Shown here in pieces: positions 25,910 to 39,220 of a stretch of 64,000 nucleotides of DNA. Numbering within the stretch: the stretch's first letter is position 1; each line of letters starts with the position of its first letter. Position numbers and translations under genes: made by a program. A model generated the notes under the pieces. It worked only from the letters and a program-made list of their open reading frames with translations. It was not told where the DNA came from and did not search any database. Source of the stretch: Lama glama (taxonomy: Eukaryota); assembly GCA_028534125.1 (NCBI GenBank), contig CM052818.1, forward strand, positions 26,414,001 to 26,478,000. The letters are read 5' to 3'.

Positions 25910-26290
25910 CCTTAGACCAGAGCTGGGCCTCTCTGCTGCAAGATGCAGAGGAAGTGATGGTGCAGCCTAAGCCAGCACAGGAGAGTCCACTGAGCATCCT
26001 TGCAAAACACCACCTGGCCTCCAGGTAACAGCTTTCTCACACAGAACAGGCTGCTGCTGTGCCTCCTTGGAAGATTTGATTTCTGTGGCTCGACATCCAG
26101 CTCCTTGAGGTCTGTGGTGCCCTCTGCCACCTCTGGCCCTGCATCCCTGCTGCCCACCGACTTCTACACACAGCCTGGCACAGTCAGCAGGCATCTCTGT
26201 GCCTGGGGAAACCAGGAAGGGAAGGGCTGAGGTAGCCCCTTCCCTCTGCTTCAGCCTCATTCAGAGCAGGGTTTGCCTGCTGGCCCTTCC
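25910..26290 (-). other. Possible first exon of an unidentified minus-strand transcript
   Basis: GC-richer unique tract; TTTAAATA at 26317-26310; donor AGG|gtaaga at 25910/25909; ATG at 25997 would give MLSGLSCAGLGCTITSSASCSREAQLWSK in phase 1, a peptide I do not recognise. Confidence 0.2.
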
Positions 26291-26599
26291 CCTCTTGGGC
26301 CTCCTTCAGTATTTAAAACCAGCCACGTATGCCTTTCTTTGAACTGGATCCACAATAATCGTTCATCTACTTACTTGGTCAGAAGAATAATTCCTGAGAG
26401 AGGCCGGGAGGAATGATAATGTTTACTAACTAGGGAGGAAGAATTGTGAGCAGAGCTGTGTGGATTCATATTATTGGATATTTATTTCTAGGTGCCTCTA
26501 AAATCAGTAATTTTTAACTTTGGGGGAGGAGAGTGGGCAAGAGAGGAGTCATAAGCCCTTTGAATAATGAAAGAGAGAGGCATTTTCCCTCCAAAAATG

Positions 26600-26730
26600 C
26601 ACACACACAAAATATATGTATATAAATACATTATAAAGTATATATATACACACATATAGTATTTTATATATAACTTTATAAAGGTATTATATATTATGTT
26701 ATATATATAAAGTATTATATACATGTGTAT
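26600..26730. repeat. (TA)-rich low-complexity tract
   Basis: Degenerate tatata/tatatt run. Confidence 0.8.
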
Positions 26731-28035
26731 GAAGTTCAGACTCCTTAAAGTCTATATATGTATTCCAGAATAAGAACCTCTGCCTTAAATTATAGAGTTT
26801 AGAAATAAATAGGACATTAAACATAGTTTGATACAAAAGAGGGGTTTCAACTGAACTGAAAAAAAATTTTGCTTTTAATAAATTGATATGCTATGATCTT
26901 TTAAAAGTTGAAATACAGATAATAAACAAACAAAACTGAAACCATTAAAAGATAATCAAAATTCAAACTGTATCAGAAAAAGATCATTCATTAGCTGTAT
27001 TAAACTCAGAGTTTAAGCATCCTGGCAGCCAATATAAACTGAGAAACATCAAGAAAAGCAACGAATTATTGAGAACTATGTGTTGTTTTCTGAAACCCAT
27101 GAAGGATACGGAAGATATATAAAACATGGTCTTTTCCCTTAAGGCGAAAAGAGTATTTTTCATCAAAAAAATTCAGAGGCTGAAGGCAAGGGCAAGAATA
27201 TGTGATGGGCCCCACATTCCTGCTATAAATGGAGGTTAGGTTCTCTAAGAGATAGTACTGTGTGATAGAGGAAAGACAGCATTACTTATAGGGAAATGCA
27301 TCTAAAATACATAACAAATGTTATAAATAGGCTTTGGGGAAAATCCAGTTTGCAAAAGGGAGGGGTGTCACAATGAGTTCTTCTTTTAACAGATTAATGG
27401 AGTGCCTTCAGGGAGAGTCTCCATTCTCAGAAGCCCTCTGGAAGACAGTTGAATACTCACAGTCAATTTCTGTCTTCTTAAGTACTTCTTAAGAGTACAA
27501 AGATAGCATCATAGCCAAATTCAATCTTTCCTCAGAAGCATTAATTTCAGAATAGCTGCTGGATTTTACATTTCCCTCAGGATCCTAAAAAATCCAGTTT
27601 CAGTCCAGCTGGTCTCTTACATTCTTCAAGGGAATCCTTGGGAATATACTTTCATGAAAAGCGGCTCCATCTACTCATTCCATGAGATTCGGCTGCTGCT
27701 GAGAAGAGCAGTTCCCTACATATTCTCTGAAAGCCAGGGAAAGCTAACCTGCTTCTCCCTGTGACCTGAATTAGCACCTCCCCATCTCCACCCTGATTTC
27801 TCATTTAAAAAATCACTTACAAATAGGAAACAAGCCCTACTGAATGTGAAATTACCCATTAATATTTAATATTTTTTCCCATGAAAGAGCATTCTCCCAG
27901 AAACGCCTGCAGGGATACTGGTCTTTCTGGTAGAAACTGCTGCCTGTGAGCTCATGATCCAATAGCTTAAGGGGATTTCAAGGTACCAGCAAGGAAATCA
28001 CAGGAAAGAGCAGGGATTCAGCTCTGCTTGAAACC

Positions 28036-28220
28036 ACTGGTTCTCAAGGTTGGCTGCACATTAGAACCATCTGGGGAATAGTTAAAACTACTGATACTTG
28101 AGGGCCAGTCTCCAATGTTCCAATTTAATTGGTGTAACTTTTAAAAGTCCCTCGGCATTGGGTTTTTAAAGATTCTACAAATGATTCCAATATGCAATAA
28201 CATTTTGAAAATCATGACTC
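28036..28220. mobile_element. hAT-Charlie MITE (MER5-like)
   Basis: c..tggttctcaa..ttggctgcacattagaa.catctgggga..tttaaa..tgattccaatatgca..ttgaaaatca. Confidence 0.75.
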
Positions 28221-29265
28221 TAAATTCTTGTCACTTACAGAAGCCATTAATTTGCTAATTATTAATTGCCTGGGTCCTCACTCCAACATAATGATAAAGT
28301 TAGCCCAGGCCAGACATTAGCTGCTGATAGTAGAAGCTGCCTTCTAGTAAATGTTTCTACTTATGACACTGATTTTTTTTTTTTAATAAGTCAGTCCCTT
28401 CACTAAAGGGCCAACTACACAATTCCTGATTCAGATTCTAACTTGATTTTGGCAGACCATTGAAATTCTCTCTCATTGCATTCTTCAAATTTGGAGTGGT
28501 TTGCATTACAAAAAGATTCTCTATTTCGCAAAGGAATTCCTGCAAGTTTTCCTGAAAGTACACTTAAAAATAAAATCTGATTTGCATTAACTTGTAAATT
28601 AAGCTCTGGCCCTTTGTGATGGTGATAGTTTATACAGTCCCTGACACTGGCAGAAGTGGCTTTCAAGACATTAGTTTGTTCTCACTCTAAGGTCTGATCA
28701 ACACTTCCTTTGTTAATTCTGCTGCTCAGAAAGCTGTGGTGAGTGATAAGACCTTCGGAAATCACTGAATAGTTTGCCCAGCCCTCTATTTCCTAAACAT
28801 ACATGGATATAATTAAAAAGCAACTCAGCTGATAGTTTATTTTGCTAGGGAAGAATCTAGCCCAAGTTATTCATTCATTAGTCGTCATGAAAGGTTCTTG
28901 AGCCATTTAAATGAATTCTGCTCATCAGATTATGATAGCAGAGATCAATCCACTTGCATGCTTTTTGAACTTACACTGATGTTCTTGCTCAGCATAAATC
29001 TGAAAAAGATTACTTGGGGGAAAACTTATTAGATGACAGAATTACCTCATAAAGAAGGGATAGCCAAGATGCCCACATAAATTCAAAATTACAATATAGC
29101 AACTGAGGACCCAGTTTGGGTCATATCTATGCACCAAACTGGTCGATAAATGCAGCCCCTAAATAACAAATTCTTTTCTTACCAGCTATCTCTATCTCTA
29201 TGTCTATCTACAGAGATACTCTCCACATATCCCATACTCTGGTATCTTAACCCTTTTGATCTAGT

Positions 29266-29380
29266 ATTGGGTTGACAGATTTAGCAAACAAATTACAGGA
29301 TATCCAATTATATTTGAATTTCAGATAAGCAATGAAAAAAATTTTAGCATAAATATATCCCAAATATTGCATATATTTTA
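29266..29380. mobile_element. MER53-like DNA transposon fragment
   Basis: gggttgacagatttagcaaa..tacaggatatccaatt..tttgaatttcagataa. Confidence 0.7.
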
Positions 29381-29759
29381 CCTCAAGACCCTAGCCCAGC
29401 ATCCTCTCTGAAGAACTAAGTCCGGAGTGCTTATCCTTTTTCTGCCTTTCCTCAGCCAGCTTCCCCACCACCACCCCCCTATTGCTGGGGCCTACATTTA
29501 GCTCCTATCCCTCTCTTTCTCCTTCTCTATCTGCCCAATTGGGCTTATGTGTTCAGGTTTGGGCTGGAGCACAGGTTTCTACACTTAGAGTGAACACTGA
29601 ACTCAGGGATCAAGGGCCCCATAACCTGGAATGGGGGTGCATATCTCAGGCCTTGATGGCATTTTGAACAGAATATGACTCTTATGGGCCTGCCTGAGAA
29701 TTTACCCATTGTTTAGGACATTGTTTCTCAAAGAAAGTAATTCTGAGCTCTAAATTGAA

Positions 29760-29960
29760 GTAATAACCTAGTAGCAGAGCTAGAAGGGAGTGCAGAGATT
29801 AGAGAAATATTTAGAAGGTAAAATAGAATTTAGTGGCTATGGTATGCAGACAATGCTGGAGAAACTGAAGATGACACCCAGTTTGGACATCTTAGTTTAG
29901 ATAACTGGGTTGATAATGACATAATGAAGCAAGCTAAGAGAATTCAAGAAAGCAACAGTT
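29760..29960 (-). mobile_element. L2 fragment
   Basis: gagaaatatttagaaggtaaa..aagatgacaccca..ataactgggttgataatg. Confidence 0.5.
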
Positions 29961-29969
29961 CAAAAAAGA

Positions 29970-30590
29970 TAAGAGAGCTACTCCCAAAGCAGGAAGGACT
30001 TGAAAAGCCAAGATTCTAGAGAGAAGAGAGGGACACTGAGGTAAGCCAGACAATCAGTGATTCTTTTCCCAAGACATTTGTTAATTTATAGGCATCCATA
30101 GGGAAGCTGAGAAGTTAAGCAGAACGTTCAGTATTTCAAGGGAAGAGGAGGCAAAAATGAACCTCAGAGCTCACCAAGAGAGAGGATTCCAGATAAACCG
30201 ATAAACCAATAAACCTAGGCTTTTAGATAAGATCTCTGAAAGGTTGTACCACAGGAGCGAAGGTGTACTGGAAATAGACTTGCCCTTACTAAGACCAAAA
30301 CTTCCAAATCATAACAGTCCTATGCTAGATTAAGGTGATATGCCTCTATTCTAAATCTTCTCTAATGGAAGAAAACATTATCTAAAGCTTCAAATTGTCA
30401 CTCCAATTTTTCATATATAACATCTAGCATTCAATCAAAACTTAGAAGATAAACCATACGATCAGACTAAATGACTGAAAAAACAGAGGAAAAAACACAA
30501 TAGAAATGATCTACAAGTAATCTGGATATTAGAGTTATCACACTTTAAAATAACTGTGATTAATACGTATAAACTATCAAACATTTTTTT
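29970..30590 (+). mobile_element. Ancient L1M-type 5'/ORF1-start fragment
   Basis: ctagcattcaatcaaaa..caatagaaatgatctacaagtaatctggatattagagttatca..ctttaaaataactgtgattaata. Confidence 0.5.
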
Positions 30591-30657
30591 CCACTTAAAA
30601 AAATTCCATGCCATATCTTATCACCACAAGAATAGAAGTAGTTTAAAAAATTAACTG

Positions 30658-32545
30658 AGACTCTGGACCAAAATCGCAACATAGGAGGCTCCAGAATTTC
30701 CTTCCTCTCACAAATGCACTGAATATACAGCTACACACAGAGCAAGTCCCTCTGAGAAAAACCCAGAAACTGAGTGACTCTTACACATTAGGAACTGAGA
30801 AAATGCCCACTTCGAAATGCGTAGGAAATGCTGAGACACACTCTTTGCCATAAAGCTTTGTATGAAAAAGCACCATACAACTAGGAAGGAACTTGCAACT
30901 CCTGGCTTCTCTCTGAAGAAGGAAGGGTTTCAACCACACAGCTAGCCCCTCAGCTTTTAAGGGTGCCACCTGAGGACTGGGCCTCCAAATTACCTATCTC
31001 TGAAAGTCAGTGAGGTTTGTGTTCATGAGACCCACAGGAATATAGCAAACACAGAAGCAGTTCTCAACTGGCATGGGAGTATTTGCCATGGTTATCCCCC
31101 CAGGGCTCAGTGCAGAGGGAGCAGGCAGAAACACCCATCTCTCAGTCTTCCCCAGAAGGGGTCTGACTGCACATTGAACATTTCCCCCATCTTCTCCCCT
31201 CCCCCAGCTTACTTTAACAGTTAAACCAAGTCACCAATATCTTCCTGGAAGGAGCTTGTCTAAGCCTAGTATCCCATCTGTCACTACTTGAACGAAGACC
31301 TGAAATCCTAAAATTCTCAGGGGGTAGAAAACATAGGAGGTAAGCTCCTTGACATTGGATTTGAAACCAAAAGCAAAGGAAACAAAAGCAAAAATAAAAA
31401 ATTGAGACCACATCAAACTAAAAAGCTTCTGCACAGCAAAGGAAACCATCAACAAAATGAAAAGCAACCTAAGAAATGAGAGAAAATATTTGCAAACCAT
31501 ATATCCAATATATGGTAGGGGCTAATACCCAAAATATAGAAGGAACTCATACAACTCAATAGCAATAAATAACCTGAATTTTTAAATGAGCAAAGGATCT
31601 AAATGGACATTCTTCCAAAGAAGACATACAAATGGCCAACAAGTACATGAAAAGGTGCTCAACATCACTCATCAACAGGGAAATGCAAATCAAAACCACA
31701 AGGAAATATCACCTCATACCTGTTAGGATGGCTATTACTAAAAAGACAAGAGATAACAAATGCTGGCCAGAAAGTGGCAAAAAGGGAACCCTTGTACCCT
31801 GCTGGTGGGAATGTAAAGTTAAACAGCTACTATGGAAAACAGTATGGAATTTCCTCAAGAAACTTAAACTACAACTATACATTATCCACATTATCCAGCA
31901 ATTCCATTTCTGGATATTTATATCCCAAGGGAAAAAAATCAGTACTTCAAAGAGATATCTGTATTCTCATGTTCTCTGCAGCATTATTCACAATAGCTAA
32001 GGCATGGAAACAAAGTGTCTGTTAACAGAAAAATAAACGAAGAAATATGAGATACACACACACACACACATCTAAATACACAATGTAATATTATTCAGCC
32101 TTAAATGAGAAGGAAATCCTGCCATTTGTGACAACATGGATGAACCTAGAGGGCATTATGGTAAGTGAAATAAGCTAGACAGAGAAAGACAAATACTGAG
32201 TGGTGTGACTTACATGTGGAATCTAAAATAAAAGTTGAACTTACAAAAACAGAGAGCAGTGGTTGGTTGCCAGGGGCCCTGGGAGGAAACAGAGAGGTTG
32301 GTAAGGTACACAAACTTTCAGCGATATGATGAGGTCTGAGGATCTAACGTATAATAACATGGTGACTATAGTTGTAATACCATATTGTATACTTGAAACT
32401 TGCTAAGATAAAATATGAGGTAATGGATGTGTTAACTCATTGGTGGGAATCCTTTCACAAGGTATATGTATGTCAAATCACTGCATTATACACTTTAAAT
32501 ATTTAAAAAGTTTATCTGTTGATTACACTTCAGTAAAGCTGAATA
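30658..32545 (+). mobile_element. Internally deleted L1: 5'UTR (~30658-31285) joined to ORF2 3' part and an L1MA9-like 3'UTR
   Basis: 5' end aaaatcgcaacataggaggctccagaa..tacagctacac..ccctctgagaaaa; ORF2 text from aagacctgaaa..gaaaacatagg; ORF 31632-32000 ([21 protein letters not shown]) is the ORF2 C-terminus; 3'UTR gtctgaggatcta..catggtgactatag..tcagtaaagctg. Confidence 0.85.
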
Positions 32546-32559
32546 AAATGAAAACAAGA

Positions 32560-32750
32560 AGGATGTGGAAGGAGGGAGGGAGGGATTGCAAAGGGAGTGG
32601 AATGTTGTATATTTTGATGGCAACGTACGGTATCTTGTTTGTGTTGGTGGTTTCACGAGTATATACATCTGTTAAGACTCATCAAATTGCATATTTTAAA
32701 TAAAAACAGTTTACTGTATGCAAGTTTTAGCCCAATCAAGTTTTTAATTC
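32560..32750 (+). mobile_element. Ancient L1 3' end (L1MC/ME-like)
   Basis: gtatcttg..gtggtttcacgagtatatacatctgttaagactcatcaaattg. Confidence 0.6.
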
Positions 32751-33899
32751 AATTTCAAAAATTGAATCTGAAAAAGAAAAATTAAAAAATCAAAGAGCCA
32801 CAAATGCTGATTCAAATGCCATCTTGAGGCAGACCTACAGTATCAGAGTAAAGAAATATGTCAACTAGACAGTTTGGTGCTGTCAAAGGGATAAGATGTG
32901 CACCTCTCTCTCTCCCTCCCTCCCTCCCTCCCTCTTTCCTCTCAACCAGAATTATCATTTCTCATCATTTCAGTTTCTCTTCTCACAATTGCCTCTTCAT
33001 ACAGTCAAGACAGGATAAAGGAGCCAGAAAACTGCCTTACCTCAGCTTCCTCTCCTTGTCAGTAGGCACTGATTTCCCATCCATTTGCTCTCTGTTCCCT
33101 ATGGCTCTCCTGGTTGCTGAATTTTACTTGGACACTTAACTTCCTCTTTTATACTGTTTCAGCAATATCCCTTAGTAGATGTTTACAAGGACTTTGCATC
33201 CCTGCCCTGGTACCTGCCCTGATCCCTTGCCTGCACCCAGTGTCTGGGCCCACTTCTCTTCTCCCTGATTCTACTATTACCCTAACCATTTTCTCCATCC
33301 CAATGTTCACATGTTCTCTGCTCTCTTAGTGCCCTCCAATGCTGTAGTCTATGATGCAGGATGACAGGAACTTTCAGGATAATTAGCACGTGGATCAACA
33401 ATTCTCAGATTACAAAAAAATTTTAAAACCCGAGTCACTGCTTCAAGATTCTGTTAAGATTTCAAGGTTACATAGGTAAATAAAACTTTATTTCAAATGT
33501 AAACTTTGCAGTCTGAGAATAAAAACAGCTAAGTTATTTCCCAGAACAGAAAGGACTGTTTTTCAAAAGTTGAAACGCCTACCAAAATTTCAAAGGACAG
33601 TGATTATACATTTCTAACACCAATGCCCTCAGTCCAAAGAGACAAGATTGCCCAACAAAGCAGTTTATCACCACTTTGCAGTTATCACAAACAACTAAAT
33701 TTCTCTCTTTTTTATTTCCTCTGTTCCTTTCTAATGTTCTTTCATTCTCGTGGGTTTTCTCTGCTATAGTTTCAAATTCTCATCATGTCTTTTCCCAACT
33801 TCCTCCATTTTAACTGCTTATGATATGAACTTACATCTAAATCATCTGTTGTATCTTGAATATAATTTTTTAAATAATGTACCTTAGCTTTAAGATTAG

Positions 33900-36000
33900 A
33901 GAATGCAATTGAGTTACAATACTTCCCTTCTGAGTATCTAACAAAATGAGAAAAGAAAAAAGAAAAATTAAAAGCTAGAGGGAAAATTATTTAATAGCCA
34001 CAAAGCAAAGAAAAAGAGTTAGGTTAATGTTATAAACTTCAAAAACTGGCAAAAAAGGAAAGCTACAGTTGACTGTGAGATGAAACAAGAAATAATACAG
34101 CTTTGTTTCACCCCTGACCAGACTCCCAGAAGTTGTACTGCTGATTTGATTAAATCAAAGCTGGAAAGACACTAACCCAGTCATTATCTTTTCGCTTTTC
34201 CAACTGAGTAATGGGGGAGCATGGGAGGCTGCTGGGGGGAAAGGGAGTAACACAGGGGCTGTCTGTACCAAAAAGAAAATCTCCATAGCTACCCAGCCCA
34301 GGGGCTAAGGATATTATTCCCATGGGAAAGAAGCATGTCCATCAAGCAGACACTGACTCAGAACCATTAACAAAATCTCCAAATAACAAGCAAGGCCTAG
34401 ATTACCTAACAAAGGCTGAAAATATCCCCGCTGGACTTTCTCTTTCAGTTGTCATTCCCTCGGGTTAGAGAAAAGACTGTAGAACACAGGATATTCAGGG
34501 AAGACCAAATTGATTTTAAATAATGTGAAAAAAAGTCAAGAAGTAAACCTCAGTGCATAAGAGCAAACAATGTCTGGATGAAACCACCCAAACATAAACA
34601 AGATAAAAAGAAATGGAATGGAAATTAAATATTATATGATAAGGAAAGAAGAAAGCAAAAGAAAGACAAAGAACTAAATAATAAAAAAAACATCAAGAAT
34701 CAGAAGAAAAACTGCTTCTCACAATGGAATAGCTTAGGTACATGGTCTCAATAAAACAAAGATTCAAAGGCCTGATAATAATGCACCAAGATGGAAAAAG
34801 AGACTGCGATTTGAGGAAACAAATAGAGGCCCCAACAATAGCATTAAGGAATTAATAAATGACATAGAAAAAATATGAAATATAGTAGTTATTGCTATAT
34901 ATAAAATTACTGGCATAGAAGAAAGATGAGCTACTCCTGCTGAATAAAGTTAAAGAAGAGAGATCAGAACATATTAGAGGTGAACTTAAAAGATATGGAA
35001 GATACATAAATATGATCCAACTTGGGGATAATTGGTGTCCTTGAAGTAGCAAACCAACAAATAAACAGAAAATGAGGCTAAATGGAAGAGAATTTTCCTG
35101 AAACTAAAGGGAGAAAAAACTTGAATCTGTATCTTGACTGGGTCCTCTATTTTCCAGAAAAGTTTGATACAGAATACTCTATACTGAGCATAGCCCAGTT
35201 ATATCACTGAAAGTAAAGCATAAAGAAATAATCCTTTAAGTGACCAGTCAGAAAAGTAAATCACATACATCGGGGGAAGAAAATAGACTTCTTCATAACA
35301 CCAGTGAATGGCAGACAATGGAATAATATTCACAATGTGAAAAAGGTGTGATCCAAGAATATGGTACCCAGCCAAGATGCTACAAGGGTGGTGGGTACCT
35401 CAAACATGACAGAATTCAGGAAATACTACACTCATAGACACTTCTCAGGGGGCAAATATTAAAATATGAATCAAAATAAAGAGCACAGAAATAAAAAATG
35501 CCCTGATTTTAGGGAATCTGACAAGCATTAAATCTGTTTAAATACTGAGATAAATAATAAACTATTTGAACTAAGAGAATTATGGTTACAGAAAAAATGT
35601 AAATGTTTTATTTCTAGACAATGTAAAAATACTAACAAAATTTGGGAAGCAATGGGAGAAAGTTCAGGAACACTGTCAAAGATGTGTGGCTTAAAAACTG
35701 TTCTAATTTTTTTTTAATTTCCTTTTTTAATCTGAGAGGAAACTTTTAGGAAATAATATATCTTGTTTAAAAAGACATTTCTTTGAAATTCAACAACTCC
35801 TTTAGTTTTTCTCCTATTAAATTCAAGTAAAATTATACTTTTTTCATTAGTCTTCCATAAGATTTCACCTTAATAAAAATTTCTAGTTGCTCTGTCTATA
35901 TATATAAAAAGATAGACTCTAAAATGATATTTAGTGTTAATAATGATTTTGGGGGTGTGGTAGGATTTGAGGTGAATTATTTCATCTCCATTTTTAAACT
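33900..36000 (+). mobile_element. HAL1 (half-L1) / ancient L1 ORF1-like remnant
   Basis: A-rich ORF1-like text: gatccaac..ataattggtgtccttgaag, gaattttcctgaa, aaataatcctt, tgatccaagaat..tacccagccaag, caaacatg..agaattcaggaaata; no intact ORF. Confidence 0.6.
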
Positions 36001-38119
36001 TTTCTCTATTTTTAAATTCTTTATGATGATCCTCCCTTTTTAAAAATAACTATTTTTTCAAAAGCATAAAAATATACAAAAATGATAAATATTTAACACT
36101 GGGAAGTGAAAATATTAATGACTGTTACTTTTGTACATTTTAATATTTCAAATTTAAATACATTGATAAACTACCTTCTAGTTTTCTTTTTTATTATTAT
36201 TATTTTTATTTTGAGGTCTTACTTGCTATGTCCCCTACAGTTTTGTGGTTCTTGATAGGAAGATTATTGCCTATCCCTAGCTTAGGAGGAAAAAGAAGTA
36301 ACATCTACAAATTGTTGATTAATAATCAGTCAAGTACATACTGCTTTGCTTATGTTAACAGGAAGGGAAAAAAATGGGCCCTGGAAAGCTGATGTCTGGA
36401 AAAAGAGCATTTTATTATAAACTAAAATGTAATTGGACACATAAACAGAAGGAAATTCTCCCAGTGAACAGGTACACTATATAATAAGCATCTCCCAGAT
36501 ACTTTGACCCAATATAGGTTAATGGAATTCTGGACCATAAATCCAGTCCCTTCCCCTAAAAGGAAAATGTTTATAGGCACCAAAAATTTGCCACATCTGT
36601 GTAAAGAGAACTACCAATCACAGATGAAGTTGAAGCACATGTTTCTAGTTGATATAACTTAAACTGCTCTTTAAAAGCATTGCAAAAAAGGGGAGGGAGA
36701 AGAGGGGATAAAAGAATTATCCAACGCGGGTGAAGCTAATCCTCAAAATCTAGTAAAAACTCTCAATTTAAAGAGTCAAAACAAAACAAAAAAATACTTG
36801 GTAGCAGCTATTGCCTCATGTCTCTAAGTCTATGCAATTTCCAAAACTGACTCAGAGTGTTGTCTCTCCAGTTTATAGGTTCGAATTGTGAATTCACACA
36901 CACAGCATGTGTTATGAACTTGGTCAAACTTAAAGCACACATATGTACTTTATATTATCGCCTGTAAACCTCAGTGTTTGCTTTTCCATCATCCTGGAAT
37001 ATTGTGTTCACTGAGTTTTATTTTGTTGGAGCAATTTTAGAAGGCAGAGAGAGGAGGAGTTGGTGGATTTAGTGGTTAGACCAGTCTACAACATTGTCAA
37101 AAATTTTGTTTTTTCACAAAGCATGATATGGTGCCAAATGGAGCAACCAAGATGTCAAAACTATTTCACAATGTCAAAGCTTCTTCTTATGAATCTCTGG
37201 ATCCTCACAACTTGTTTACTATATCCTCAGAGGAGCTCAGGAATGCAGCTCAGAGTCCAGGCAGTCCCTGGATTCTTTTCTGGAAGGTGGTACACCACGT
37301 TCCTCTGTGTAACACAGTGTTTTAAGTTTTCTCGTTCACGTACAGCCACAGCTATACCACACAGATAGGAGAAACAGAACAGGAGAGACTCAGATGCCAA
37401 ACAGCTACAAAGATTCTTCAGGAAGCAATTTAACTACCACAAAAATGTCCTCACAGAGCCAGGCTGACTCCGGAGTATTCTATCATCCAGCTTCCTAAAG
37501 TGGATTCTAGCTCGCTTGTCTTGTCATCAGATGACCATTATACTTCTTAGTTGTTTCTCCATCTCTCCTCTTTCTCTCCCCAGTCCCCCTCCATTTCTCT
37601 CTCCCTCCCTCTCTCCTTTCTCTCTCCCTTCACTTCCAACCATGTAACTGAATCTAATTTTAATGCCCCGAAGCCCCTCATTTTTAAAGTGGGAACTGCT
37701 TTGGCTTTTAGTTCCTTTCCATTAATTTCTCTTTAAAAATGAAATAAAAAGGAAGCCCCCACACATAGGAAAAAAATACATACACATCTGAACAAATTTC
37801 AAACTCAGATATTAGTCTGAGAAAATCAGAAGAGCCCTTCCTTTAACAAGTAACCCGAGTAATGAGATAGTTTATAGGAACCCAGTAATTTTATTCCTAA
37901 GTCTCCCACATTATATACACTCAAATATGAAATATCTTTCGGAAAACGCCCTGCTGTGTTCTGCATAGATACTCATATAGTTGTTTGGGTATAAATAAGA
38001 AAAAAACTTTCTCTAGATCCATGAGGAAATATCAAATGTCTCTAAGGCTAAGACATCAAAGCAGAACCCGAGCCCAAAGCAGGGATTGGGCAGTGAGGAC
38101 AGAACAAGCTTTGGGTTTA

Positions 38120-38446
38120 GAGGTAGGCAAACTTTTTCTATCAAAGGCTGGAGAGTAAATATTTTAGGCTTTGTGGGCCAGGAGGTATCTGTCATAGCTA
38201 CTCTACCCTGACAATGCAGCACAAACACAGCCATAGTACATAGCAAATGAGCATGGCTGAGTCTCAATAAAACTAGAAATGGACTCTGAAATTCGCATTT
38301 CATGCAATTTCCACATGTTATGACATATTCTTCTTCATTTGGTTTCATCTAACCACTTAACGATTTAAAAACCATTCTTAACTTGGAGACAATACAAAAA
38401 CAGGAGGTGATCTGGACTTGGCCTGTGAATCAGTTTGCTAATCCTG
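38120..38446 (+). mobile_element. hAT-Charlie MITE (MER58B-like)
   Basis: ggcaaactttttctat.aaagg..agtaaatattttaggctttgtgggcc..aaaaccattctta..aaaaacagg..gtttgctaatcctg; gtttagag flanks both sides (8-bp hAT-type TSD). Confidence 0.85.
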
Positions 38447-38634
38447 GTTTAGAGGAAACTATACCAGAAAGAAAGCAAGTCTTCCCTCCTATTTTACACA
38501 GGGATAGTAATTCTCATTAGCAAAGCACTTTCTCATAACCTGTCTCTGACAATCCTCATTGCAATCCAGGAGATACATATTATTATTTTCACATAATGGC
38601 TGAGTAAGCTGAAGGTTAGAGAAGGTGAAAAGAA

Positions 38635-39220
38635 TTACCAATGCATTTAACAGATATCTGAGTCCATAACCAGGTGCTGGGCTTGTGCCATGCCCGAGGG
38701 ATGACTAAGGCAGTTTCTAATTGCTTAGAGGCTAGTAGGACAAACCAGTACAGTATAGGTAATTACAACACAGTGTATAGGCTAAAACGACACATATGGG
38801 AAGTATTTAATTCAGTTTGGGGTCCCAGGAAAGCATTCTGGAAGAAATAACATCCACCTCAGGTGAGAAAGAAAAAGATAGGTGAAAAGAAGAGGAAGAG
38901 TGAAAACTGTATAGGTTCTAAGGAGAAGCATGAGCAAAGATGTGCAGGTGAGAGAGCACAGCACATAAAGGACTTCAAGTTACTAAGTTTGCATCACAGA
39001 GCATATAGAGAGTATATGCTGGGGTGGGACAGGAGCAGAATAAATGCTCCTCAGAAAAGGTGAGCAGGGACCATTCCGTACCATGTTACAGAGGTGGGCT
39101 TTATCTTGGGAGCAATGTGGAGCCAATGAACAGGTGGGAGCAAAGAAGTGACATGGATCAAATTCACTTTTCAGAAAGAACACCTGGCTACACCATGGAG
39201 AATGGATTGTAAGAAGCAAT
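38635..39220 (-). mobile_element. L2 fragment
   Basis: cagggaaagcattctggaagaa..gcatgagcaaag..ggctttatcttg..gcaatgtggagcca..agtgacatggatcaaatt..tggagaatggattg. Confidence 0.7.

Noticed and set aside
30193..30216. gataaacc x3 short tandem repeat
   Set aside because: Trivial slippage within an old L1 fragment.
31632..32000. 122-aa ORF with real protein similarity
   Set aside because: It is the C-terminal remnant of L1 ORF2p in a dead element, not a host gene.
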